A program made the translations under genes and the position numbers. A model generated the notes under the pieces. It saw only the letters and a program-made list of their open reading frames with translations, was not told the DNA's origin and did no database searches. DNA of 63,787 nt, filler included, from Octopus bimaculoides (Eukaryota), in the NCBI RefSeq assembly GCF_001194135.2. It is 4 parts of 3 records of this genome, joined end to end, with 100 filler letters (N's around TTAATTAATTAA, not from the genome) between each part and the next. Parts side by side here need not be neighbours in the genome. Positions count along the whole stretch, not along the records: positions 1 to 21,461 come from NC_068997.1; 3 more parts are not named here. One strand, written 5' to 3'. Shown here in pieces: positions 1 to 10,899 of the stretch (its first letter is position 1; each line of letters opens with the position of its first letter).

Positions 1-806
1 AACCATGTAGATTTGCTGAAAAATCCTGCAAATTCCTAATTGAATAACGATCTGGGACTGTTACAACATTGAGTCGCCGATAGTCCCCCACCGTACGAAA
101 ATCAGAATCACCTTTTCGCGCCAAATGAAGGGGAGATCCCCATGGGCTGGCGGAGGGATGTATCAGGCCGAGTTGAAGCATGTGTTCAAACTCGGACTTA
201 GCCCTCTTAAGGATGTCTGGTGCCAGACGTCGTGGGCGCGAAAAAACAGGCGGCCCAGTTGTTTTGATATAATGGAGGGTGGAATGAGTGGGCTTTGCCG
301 GCTTAAAAGTTATATCCATCAGCTCAGGAAAGGAAGCTAGAAGCGAATGAAAAACATCCCCAGCAGTAGCAATAAAAAATGCTGGGCTTAGAGTTGAGTT
401 AGTAGAGCCCTTTGCTGGCGTAAAGAGGGATCTCGAATTGTCGACAAGCCTCCGAAGCCGAACACCTACCAACAAGTTAAAATGATTTAAAAAGTCTGCA
501 CCCAAAATAGGATGCGGAATGTCAGCTATGACAAAAACCCATTGAAAATCTCTACGAAGACGAATGTCTAGGTGTATACAAAGCTGACCAAATGTAATTA
601 TTGGGGAGGAATCAATTGCATGGAACACTATAAGCGAACGCTTTGGTTTGTCAGTAGTAAAACGAAGAGGCCAAATACTACAGCACGACCCGATGTCAAT
701 CATGAAGGACTTCTTTGACACTTGGTCCTGGACAAAAATTGCATGATGAAAGGTAGGTGCTGAGGTAGAAACAGATGTGCTCAATTTCTTCTTTGGAAGT
801 TTTCCG
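1..806 (-). CDS. pol: Gypsy pol N-terminus: aspartic protease and start of reverse transcriptase; open to the window edge
   Basis: Manual translation without stops: ...KSFMIDIGSCCSIWP...IADIPHPILGADFLNHFNLLV...GPPVFSRPRRLAP...SASPWGSPLHLARKGDSDFRTVGDYRRLNVVTVPDRY. Missing from the ORF track because it has no stop in the window. Protease D-T/S-G reads D-I-G. Confidence 0.9.
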
Positions 807-1541
807 AAACTTTAAAGGAGCATGGCTGGATGTACTTGCGTACTTTCCAGCGAATTTCGTACGATACCAGCACATACCAGATTGTGTCCTAGAAGTTGAA
901 TGACTATGAGATCTGCTACGCGAGTGTGAAAAAGACTGCTTAGAACGGCACAAATCATTCACCCGACGCGTAAGTTCTTCCAGTTTGTCAGCAAAAACAT
1001 CATAGGAGGGAGAGGATTTATGTGAGGCAATTGATGAAGCCTCAGAAGAGAGACAGGCGCCGTGTGCAGGCTGGGTGGAAAATTCAAGAATCTTGTCCGC
1101 CATGGTGGCGACTTGATCAACCGTGTTGGTGTGAAGTGCTGTCGCCAAAATTGTACGCACGTGAGACGGTAAACGAGAGAAAAAAATCTTACGAAGGAGT
1201 GGGGCGTCAGTCGACTCACCGCTCAACTCCCTAAGGTGGCGTAAAAACTCTGAATGTGTCCTGTCCCCTAATTCTTCATCAGCCATCAGCTCATTAAATC
1301 TGCTTTCGGCAGACTTAATGTTGCGTCGCAAAATTTCTGCCTTTACAGACGCATAAGTGGCGTCTGGGTTCGGGGATGTAACTAGATCTCTGGCAGATGT
1401 TGCAAGCTGTGTTGGCAAACTACAATAGAGCAATTGCAGTTGTTTCGAAGGAGAAATTCCATATGCATCAAAGTGAGCTTCTAGTTGAGTGAACCATAAG
1501 GTCGCATCACCAGTGAATGGAGGTAACATGTGGGACGACAT
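781..1541 (-). CDS. gag: Gypsy gag, with a probable small deletion in the C-terminal zinc knuckle
   Basis: LPPFTGDATLWFTQLEAHF N-terminus, LGDRTHSEFLRHLREL and IFFSRLP motifs typical of invertebrate Gypsy gag. CWY..KF..Y knuckle continues in another frame as IQPCSFKVSENFQRRN-stop (TGA at 781-783). Confidence 0.85.
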
Positions 1542-2195
1542 GCTCGTACTAAGATGATTCCGTCAGAGAAAAGGAAAGAAAAGGAACAATGAATAAAATT
1601 CTCTCGATATGAGGACACCAAAAAAAAAAACAAGACCGATGATAAGAAACAAAAATTTTCTTCTTGTTCTTGTGTTGTGTGTGGAAACAACAGTGTGCAT
1701 AAGAGAGAGAAAAAAAAATTTCGTAAAACAAAAAAAAAAAATGGTGTTTGCTTTTGTTTTTTTTTTTTCTGTTTGTGTGTGTGTTGCTTGTGCTGCGAGC
1801 AGGAAAAAATTTTCACCAGCCTTCTCGGATTTTTTTCTGCAAGTGAGATGTAACCAGGACAGGACAGAGAAATTAAATGTGTGTGTGTCTGTTGTATTTT
1901 ACTGTTGTCCTGTTAGTAACACAAGATATGATACTTTTGAAGTATTGTAGTCCAATTGACACCATGTAGATTTGCAGTGGTTGTTTATTACTGTTTCTTT
2001 CTTCTTCTCTTCACGAACTGACGCGAGTGACACAAAATGGAGATTTTTTTGAAAAGGCAGGTGTTGTCATCGTGACAAATTTTTTTATCGTCGTCTCTTC
2101 CCGGTTGACGAGTTGTGAGAGAGAAAGTGTGACAAATGGCTGGATTCTGTCTACTGGTTCCAGTTGCAAACGAGAAAATTCCGTATTCTGTACTT

Positions 2196-2205
2196 GGGGT
2201 CACCA
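2196..2205 (-). promoter_or_regulatory. Primer binding site (TGGTGACCCC, tRNA-Trp-like)
   Basis: TGGTGACCCC lies 1 nt after the ...TTTTACA LTR end and matches the first 10 nt of the tRNA-Trp PBS TGGTGACCCCGACGTGAT. Confidence 0.75.
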
Positions 2206-2206
2206 G

Positions 2207-2332
2207 TGTAAAAGGTTGATAGTAACAATAGAGACATTAGTCTCTCTCTATCGCCTTTTAACAAAATTATTTATTAGGAAACAGTAGAACGATAATAAAA
2301 ATAAGTTTATTTTGGTGATGCTTGGCTTTACA
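2207..2332 (-). repeat. Short 5' LTR (~126 bp)
   Basis: TGTAAA...TTTACA terminal inverted repeat, AATAAA motifs, abuts the PBS. The far boundary cannot be confirmed without the 3' LTR. Confidence 0.6.
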
Positions 2333-2439
2333 AATCCTGTGTCATACAGCCTGGTAGCCCCTGGTTAACTTGTAATTGGCATCTGGATATTAAGAGCTTC
2401 GTTGAGGCATACTAAAGGAGCAAGTAGTTGTCACGTTGA

Positions 2440-2595
2440 AAGCATGGCGCTAAAGAGGCCTAGAAAATGCGCGAAGCACTTTAAGTACTGGTTTACTACG
2501 CATGCGCACTCGAGGGGCTTCCGGGAAGGCAAATCCCTTGCGCATGCGTAGATTGTACTTCCTTAATGGCGGCCATAATTTCGCGCCACTACAAG
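2440..2595. promoter_or_regulatory. CpG-rich housekeeping-promoter-like island
   Basis: Two inverted NRF1-like GCGCATGCG sites (2496-2508, 2539-2551), ETS-like CTTCCGGGAAG, YY1-like ATGGCGGCCAT (2566-2576), ZNF143-like ACTACAA. Confidence 0.45.
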
Positions 2596-3737
2596 TTTTT
2601 GTATGTGGCAGATGTTCAGGAGCAATAAACATTGAATATGTGCAGAAAACAACTGCCACATTCCAGGGAGAAAAACTAGATGTAGTTGATAGCTTCCACT
2701 ATCTAGATGACCAAGTTAGTAGTGGGGGAGGGTGCGCTGAAAGTGTAGCTGCTAGAATAAGAATAGCCTGGGCAAAGTTCAGAGAACTCTTACCTCTGCT
2801 GGTGACAAAGGGCCTCTCACTCAGAGTAAAAGGCAGACTGTATGACGCATGTGTACGAACACCCATGCTACATGGTAGTGAAACATGGGCTGTGACTGCT
2901 GAGGACATGCGTAAGCTCTCAAGGAACGAAGCCAGTATGCTCCGATGGATGTGTAATNNNNNNNNNNNNNNNNNNNNNNNNNNNNNNNNNNNNNNNNNNN
3001 NNNNNNNNNNNNNNNNNNNNNNNNNNNNNNNNNNNNNNNNNNNNNNNNNNNNNNNNNNNNNNNNNNNNNNNNNNNNNNNNNNNNNNNNNNNNNNNNNNNN
3101 NNNNNNNNNNNNNNAGGTGGTGAGGCACGACCTCCGAACATTAGGCCTCACCGAGGCAATGACTTCTGACCGAGACCTTTGGAAATATGCTGTGCATGAG
3201 AAGACCCGGCAAGCCAAGTGAGACCGAAATCCAAGGCCTCTGCCAGGGATGTAGCCAGCCCACTTATGCGTACCTTTCCTTCATTGGACACTAAACTCGA
3301 CTTGCGAAGACCTGTTGGGGCAAGCGAAAGTGAAATCGTGATGGCACCTGATCGTTGCCAGAGCAGCTGTTTGGCTTCTGTACCGGTGGCACGTAAATAG
3401 CATCATTTGAGCGTGATTGTTACCATCGTCAAAAGACATTCGAGTGAGATTGTTGTCAGTGCCGCTGGACTGGCTCTTGTGCAGGTGGCATGTGAAATAC
3501 ACTATTTTGAGCATGGCCGTTGCCAGTACCGCCTGACTGGCCTTCGTGCTGGTGGCACGTAAAAGCACCCACTACACTCTCGAAGTGGTTGGCTTTAGGA
3601 AGGACATCCAGCTGTAGAAACTCTGCCAATCAGATTGGAGCCTGGTGTAACCATCTGGTTCACCAGTCCTCAGTCAAATCGTCCATCCCATGTTAGCATG
3701 GAAAGTGGACGTTAAACGATGACGATGATGATGATGA
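2596..3737 (+). mobile_element. 5'-truncated RTE LINE (family A): RT C-terminus, 3' UTR, (GAT)n tail
   Basis: FVCGRCSG..LDVVDSFHYLDDQ..RIRIAWAKFRELLPLL..GRLYDACVRTPMLHGSETWA; 3' UTR matches 14206-14720. Confidence 0.92.
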
Positions 3738-3750
3738 TATATATATTCTG

Positions 3751-3920
3751 AGTTTCACCGGTGTGTGCACAGTATCTTCTGGCAAGTTATAACACAACTT
3801 GCCTGAAGATCTTCTGCACTCATAGGTGAAACTTGGGTAGCAAGAGACTGACCTGACAAAATAATGTATAGTATTTATCACTCCCTTGGTACTGAGTACT
3901 TTTTCCAACAGTGAACATTG
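3751..3920. ncRNA. Inverted pair of Penelope-type minimal hammerhead motifs (pLTR remnant, family B), degenerate
   Basis: 38-bp arms (3751-3788 / 3796-3833, about 31/38 paired). Plus arm reads CTTGC-CTGAAGA-...-GAAA-CTTGG-GTA-GCAAG with stem I closure. Confidence 0.6.
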
Positions 3921-3987
3921 AATGTCTATGTGTATGTGGAATATATGTATAGAATACATGTATTGAATTTATATGTATGGAAAAATA

Positions 3988-4810
3988 TACGCTGGCTGGC
4001 TGAAAAGTTCATAGGCCAATCAAGATACTCTCATGGAATGTGACTAAATGAGGTTTATTTGTCAACACAGTCCCCCTCACAGTCCACAGACTACTTCCAT
4101 CGGTATTGCAGTGCTTGGATTCCATTAGTGAAGAAGCTTTTATCTTGTTGGTCAAAAATGTCATCAACAACAGATATGATGTCATCGTCACTTTGATACT
4201 GGTTCCTAGCTAAGTGTTTTTTTTTTCATGTTGGGGAACAGATGATAGTCAGATGGGGCCAAATCAGGAGAATAGATGGGGTGATCAACAAGTTCAAAGC
4301 CACAGTCATGGACAGCAGCCATTGAAACCAAGGACTCGTGTGCTGGAGCATTGTCTTAATGAAACAAGGCCCCTTTCCTCAGTTTTCCTGGGCATTTGGT
4401 CTTGATATCCTTTTGTAACTGCTTCAGCAAGTTGGCATAATACTCGCCATTGATAGTGTGGCTCTTTTGAAGATAGACAACAAACACAATGCCCTTTGCA
4501 TCCGAAAAAACTGATACCATCACCTTCTCTGCAGATGAAACAACCTTGACCTTCTTTGGAGCAAGCAAGGAGGGGTGTTTCCACTGCATAGATTGTTTCT
4601 TTGTCTCTGGCTCAAAGGGATGAAGACAACACTCATCCAGGATTAAGAAATGTTCAATGAAACCAGCTGGATCTGCCTGAAGCAATGTTAGATTTTGGTG
4701 TGCTTTTGCTCAGGTGTCAGAAGACATGGCACACTGAACAGAAACCTTCATCATGCCAAGTTCATTGTGAAGAACATATCACCTGTCACATGAGATATGC
4801 TTAGAGCATT
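3988..4810 (-). mobile_element. Mariner transposon fragment (irritans/Hsmar2-like), 3' half with one TIR
   Basis: DECCLHPFEPETKKQSMQWKHP..KVMVSVFSDAKGIVFVVYLQKSHTINGEYYANLL; TIR-like TACGCTGGCTGGCTGAAAAGTTC at 3988. Confidence 0.88.
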
Positions 4811-5003
4811 AGGTATTTGATTTATTGTCAATCACTTACCATCCGTCACTTTGTGAAAAGTAGAACAATTTTGTATGCACACACTCATATATGTACGTGT
4901 ATGCATATACATATATGCATGCATACACAGACACATACGTGCAGGCAGGAATAAATACACATATACATACTGACACATATGTGTGAATATATATGCATTA
5001 TTA

Positions 5004-5939
5004 TTGGGTTGGCAAGAGAGTAATTTGTTTTTTTTTAGTGGAAAATAAAAGTAATATTTTTTCATACAAAGAAAGAACTTTAATCAATTATATATTTTCC
5101 ATTTTGTTCGATGATCTTTTGCCATCTTTCTGGCAACTTAATGATTCCGCACTCATAGAACTTCTGGTCCTTATCAGCCAAAAACTGAAGCAAGTGTGAG
5201 GTCATCAGCATTATTGAAAGTTTTACCAGTCAAAGAATTTTGGAAACTTCAGAATAAATGGTGATCTGATGGTGCAAGGTCAGGGCTATATGGTGGATGT
5301 GACATCACTTCCTAACCAAGCTCCAATAATTTTTCATGAGTTAGCAAAGACGTGTGTGGTCTAGTGTTGTCATGGTGGAACACAATTCTTTTACGATTTA
5401 CCAATTCTGGCTGTTTTTCTTTGATTGCTTCCTCCAGTTTCATTAGTTGTTGATAGTAAACATCTGAATTGATCGTTTGGTTCCTTTGAAGCAGCTCAAA
5501 ATACACAATGCCTTTGTAATCCGACCAAATTGACTGCATGACCTTTTTTTGATGCAATTCAGCTTTGGGTGTGGTTTGTGTGGGTTCATTGCGTTTGGAC
5601 CATGATCTTTTTGAATTGATGTTATTGTAGACAATCCATTTTTCATCATCAGTGATGATTCTTAATGAGTCCAAGGCATTTTAAGTGATTTTCAATTGTT
5701 GTGTGTAATACATTTAACCTCTCTACAATCTCTTGCACAGTTATATGATTCAATTATGGCTTTGATTTGGTCATCATCAACTTCAGTTGATGATGACCAA
5801 AACGTTGGTCATCTTTGAGTGAAAAATTTCCGTAATGAAATTTTAAAAACCATTTCTGACATGTGCATTCTGTTAAGCAATCAGCACCATAAACTTCATA
5901 TATCTCTTTGTGAGCCTCAGCAGCTTTCTTGCCATTTTG
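5004..5939 (-). mobile_element. Mariner transposon (cecropia/Hsmar1-like), 5' end lost
   Basis: AAEAHKEIYEVYG..CQKWFLKF HTH; IITDDEKWIVYNN..FHHDNTRPH catalytic motifs; TA + TTGGGTTGGCAAG TIR at 5002-5030. Confidence 0.9.
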
Positions 5940-8900
5940 GTTGTTAATTTTTCTCTCATTCCTGTTTGCCTTCACATCTCCTCATTCCTCAACCTGTCCA
6001 TCTGTGTTATACCAGCCATAACCCTCAGACAATCTTATCTCAAACATCTAGTCAACTCCTTTCTGCCTCTCTCAGCCCCCACGTTTCTGCACCATATAAC
6101 ATTGTTGGTACAATCATACCCTCATACACACCTTTTTGCTTTCATACTCGACCTTTTATCTCTCAGCACACCTTTAACAACTCCTAGTATCTTACTCCCC
6201 TCCCTCACTCTGTATCCCACTTCCTCAGCCTCTGCCATCACATGTGATCCTAGATATTTAAAAACACTCACCTCTTCTAACTTCTTACCGCTTATACTTG
6301 CATCCATCCTACCAGCCATTCCATCTCAACCATTACCTTACTTTTAGCTACATTCACTTTCAGTTTCCTCCTCTTACACACTCTTCCAAACTCTACCACC
6401 AGTCTCCTCAGTTGCTTTTCCAAATCTGCCACCCGTGCTGTATGATCAGCAAACAACAACTGACTCACCTGCCATTTCTCTCCATTTTCTCCCACCATTT
6501 GGGCTCCCCGACCAAAGGTTCTAGCATATATATATAAATTAATAACATCCATATATAAATTAAACAGCCATGGAGACATCACACAACCCTGTCTTAACCT
6601 CACCTTCACATCAAACCACTCACTTCACCACCCACCCTAACACACACCCTACTTTCTCTATAAAAACTTTGAACAGTTCTCAACAATCTACCATCTACTC
6701 CATACAACTGCAACACCTGCCACATTGCATCCCAATACACCTGTAAGAACGACCGTGCGAACCCAAAAGGAGAAATGGTGACTAATGGAAAAAACAGGGC
6801 TCCTTTATTAAAACACATCACACGGTCGAACACAAAAATATATCAAATGATATAAATATGTTATACTTCGATAACATAGAGAACTAAGAAATGCCAGTAA
6901 GATACAAGATAGGACACAACCGATAAAGATGAATAACAGTAAGATTTATTGTAGCATTAAATTGTATGTCTGTGTGTGAGTGAATGCGACATAATGAAAC
7001 ACAATAAAAGACAGGCCATCATGTAAAGAAAAGAGTGTGTGTAAGTGATACATGTATGTGGGTATGAGAGATACACAGTATTGAAATAGAGTCAGTAACA
7101 CGTATAAGGATTTAATATACCAGTTCTTAGAGTACACAGTGGTAAGTGTNNNNNNNNNNNNNNNNNNNNNNNNNNNNNNNNNNNNNNNNNNNNNNNNNNN
7201 NNNNNNNNNNNNNNNNNNNNNNNNNNNNNNNNNNNNNNNNNNNNNNNNNNNNNNNNNNNNNNNNNNNNNNNNNNNNNNNNNNNNNNNNNNNNNNNNNNNN
7301 NNNNNNNNNNNNNNNNNNNNNNNNNNTTCTATGCCAAGCCGGGCTGAATACAGATGTTCTTCACAGGCTAGGTTCTTGTCTATTATTTATCGTGGTGAAG
7401 ATGAATCACACAAACAGAATTGAAGAGAAGTGCCGCGGTTAGCTGTTGGTAGCTTGTGTACGTGTAGAGTCATGTTGACGCTGGCGGGGACGATGCTGGT
7501 AGTCGTAGTGTCGTGTTGCTGCTGGCGACGTCGGTGGCGATGCTTGTAGTTTGGTTAGCTGTTGGTGTTGATGTCGTCGCTGGAAACTGGCTGGCTGTGT
7601 TACACATGTGTGGTCAAAACGACCAGATCTAAGATCTGAGCCGCGACGAATTTGGCGGGGATAATTTAGTCTATTTATAGCAAAATAGGGGCTCCAGAAA
7701 GCATCTGAAAAACACTATCACGTGACCTTATTAGGGGCTGTGATTGGTCAGTTTGCGTTCTGGCGGGAACGGTATGAGGCAGTTGCCGCTTCAAATAATA
7801 ATCAGTCACGTGATGGATACAGTAGGCTGCTCTCTACTACGCCCGAACTTGAATATATTTATAACAGTGGGGAAGATGGTTTGTTTGTATATAATGGCGA
7901 TAGGTAGTTTCACTACACACCTCTCTTCCTTTTGCCAAAAACCTCTCACACATCTGCCTTACTACAAATATTTGATCTGCACACCCACTTCCACTCCTAA
8001 AACCACATTGCTCCTCCCTTAGTAACACTCTCTGCCTGGTTCCTCACCCTTACAATAAAAATTCTCCCATACAGTTTACCAACCACACACAACAAAATAA
8101 AATTTCTACACTCACATTCATTCCCCTTGTATAGTGGCATTATACAGGCACTGCACCAGTCCTTTGGTACTCTTCTGGTCATATAACATTCATAAGCCTC
8201 ACTAACCATTCAACCACTGTTACTCCTCCTTTCTTTGGGCATTCCACTGTACACCCATCTATACCTGGCACCTTTCAGTTTGCTATCTTCCGTAAGGATT
8301 CCCTCACCTCCTCCCCACCAATTGCACCATAGTTCCATTCCCCAACAACAGCCATCTCCTCTCTCCTTTTACAACCACTATACTTGCCTCCCTAACATCC
8401 TCCACATTTAACAGCTCACTAAGATAATCTGCCCATCTCCTTTGTACATCCTCACTTCCTTTCAACAAATTTTCATTTACATCCTTCACCCTTTCTTCCC
8501 TTCCTCCAACCACTTTTCTTACCCTCTGTACCTCTTTCCAAAACATCTTTTTATATTCACCTCTCAGTTTCTCTATATACTCCTGCTCCTGTCTAGTTCA
8601 TTCACCTTCACAACCTCTCTCCTCCCTGTCACTCATCCAGCATTCCATTTTGAGCATACTTTCAATTTACCCTGTACTAAGAAGTGATCTGACACTCCTC
8701 CACCTTCACCTCCCATTACATGCACATCCACCAACCTTCCTGCTACTCTCTTATCAATTAATACATAATTCATCAAGGCCCTATCCACTACTGTTCATCC
8801 CTCCATCCTCTATAACATGAACTTATTCTTCTCTCACTTTTTAAAAAGACTATTCCCCACCATCAACTCCTGCTCCATACACATTTCCAACAACCTCCTT

Positions 8901-9510
8901 CCACTCTCATTCCAACCATTAACTCCATATTTTCCCACTACATTTTCTACTTCTTTATTCAAATCACCCAACACCACCAAATAACCACTTTTTCTCACCC
9001 TATCCACACACTCGGTGAGTTCCCTCCAGAACTCTACTTCTTCCTCACTCCTTTCACTCCTTGGACCATATGCATTAAAAAACACCCACATCTCTCCTCC
9101 CCACCTCGTCTTAACCCACATTAACATTGAAGACACTTCTTTCACTCCACCACACTCTCCATCACATGCTCACTCACCAGCAATGCCACTCCCTCATGAG
9201 ACCTCCCACTCCCAACACTTGTCCAGTCACATCCCCAAACTGGTACTCTCCCTTACCTTTCATATTAGTCTCGCTCAGTGTCAGCACATCTGTCTTTCTC
9301 CTCATCATCACACTCCCTTTCTCTCTCCTCTTTACCTCACTTGTACTTCACCCACACACATTCTATGACCCTAGTACTAGGGTGAGATTTGGTGTTAACC
9401 TTCTCCTACTCCCTTGTCTTTATCTTACTGTCTTTTTAGGAATATGAAATTACTAGGAGGAGTGGATTCCCAATCCCTTCGCTCCTGCCTCTTTAAGTTG
9501 CCTCTTACAC
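5940..9510 (-). mobile_element. Degenerate RTE-clade LINE (family B), endonuclease + RT, 3' end deleted, interrupted by a solo LTR
   Basis: VFFNAYGP..LVVLGDLN..NESGRRLLEMC (APE); EEQCGFRSG..DQIF; LRQGCVMSPWLFNLYMD; LLFADHT; FKYLGS. Confidence 0.9.
6742..7917 (-). mobile_element. Solo LTR (~1.18 kb including a gap) with 4-bp TSD CACC
   Basis: TGTAAG...CACTACA termini, CACC on both sides, TATA (CTATAAATAG) and AATAAA on the minus strand; homologous to 23237-24067. Confidence 0.88.
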
Positions 9511-9589
9511 CACACAGGGAATACAGAGACTGCATTCTACTGACCCCCCCCCCCTCAGTCGTAGGATAGTTTGTTAGTCAACCCATAGC

Positions 9590-9735
9590 TGGGGCCCTTA
9601 CAGGTGCTACCACTCCGGGCCAGAGTAGACCTGGGAACAATTGTGGCTAAGAGGTGGTTCCACACTCCTCAAACCCTGAAACCAGGGCCCCAGGTTTCCA
9701 CTACCAGATATAGTTTATAGTCATACCCAGAACAG
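9590..9735 (+). repeat. Unclassified interspersed repeat (second copy at ~27280-27400)
   Basis: GTGCTACCACTCCGGGCCAGAGTAGACC...GGTTCCA...CTCAAA shared by both copies. Confidence 0.6.
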
Positions 9736-9789
9736 TAGTAGTAGTAATAAAATAATGATGTAGAATATAACTAGGTGGCATACTGAGTG

Positions 9790-10520
9790 TTAACTATTTG
9801 TTAGCTTAAAGAGTTTTAGAAGGGACTTCCTTTGGTGGGAACATGAGGAAATTGACTTGATTTGGTGTTTAGTAGTCTGAATTTTCTTAAAACCCAGAAA
9901 AGAAAAATCATGTGGTACAACCTGCTTTTCAGTTTAAACATAAAAACTAATATTGGCAAGTCTCCTGAAAAGCAAGTATTTTCCGTGCAACTGTAAGTTT
10001 CACCAGATTTTTAATAGGTTTATCTTAAAAGTCAGTTGTAGCTGCATGAACAATTTCACTTTTTCTTGAGCTAGAATTAATAGAGAAAAAACTAACCCTC
10101 ACTCAACTAATGAACCCTTACTGCAATGCAGCTGCCTCAATAAAAGTACATCCCAGCTAAATGGAAAATGCCTTAAAAACATCTCATTTACTGTACTGAA
10201 GTGTCAGCTGACAGTAACAGCAATAATGCAAAATGCTATATAGGCCTTAGTGAGAACACTTTTAAATCAAGGCATACTCAGCACATATTCACTTTCAGAC
10301 AGGAGAACAAAAATCTGCGGCAACTCTTTCAAAGTATATTTGGAATTTTAAAACAAAGGAACCAGAATTAAATAGTCCATTATAGAAACAACTCCGGCAT
10401 ACTTTATTGGTAACAAATGCCTAGCAGAAAAGTTTAACATCCTAACTCTAGCACTCAGACTGTTAAACACCAAATAGAGTTGATTTCCTCATGACCCTAT
10501 CAAAGGAAGTCCCGTCTAAA
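9790..10520 (+). mobile_element. Penelope-like element fragment: RT thumb and GIY-YIG endonuclease, degenerate
   Basis: KIMWYNLLFSLNIKTNIGK; CSCLNK..LNGKCL; KCYIGLSENTFKSRHTQH..TF; LSKYIW motifs. Confidence 0.85.
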
Positions 10521-10899
10521 ATTCTTTAAGCTGCCAACTGGTTAACACTCAGTATACTCCTAATCATACTTATCGTTCCTGGAATGTTCGTACATCTGCC
10601 TGTTGCCTCAGCAATAAATTATTCTCTATATTCAAATTTTATCGCTCCTTCCTTTAAAATTACGATTTAAGCATTGCTGTCTCTCTTTCAACTACGCCTC
10701 TGATTTAGCATTTTGAACAGTTTCGTCCTAAATTCATGCTTATTTATTTTATTTTCTTTACTTAAGTTTTATCACTCCTTCTAAAATTACGATTTAAGCA
10801 TTGCTGTCTCTCAAATATGTTTAAGCATTTAAAACTTACGATTAAGCACTGCTGTCTTCAATTTTGTTCTAAAAATGCCCAAAGAATTAATCCCATGTG

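Larger units (their letters stand above)
1..2332 (-). mobile_element. Ty3/Gypsy LTR retrotransposon, 5' half (LTR-PBS-leader-gag-pol), running off the left edge of the window
   Basis: Ordered LTR (2207-2332), PBS, gag, protease and RT N-terminus on the minus strand. Confidence 0.9.

Noticed and set aside
2502-3221. 239-aa ORF
   Set aside because: Chance fusion of the promoter-like island with a truncated RTE RT; not a gene
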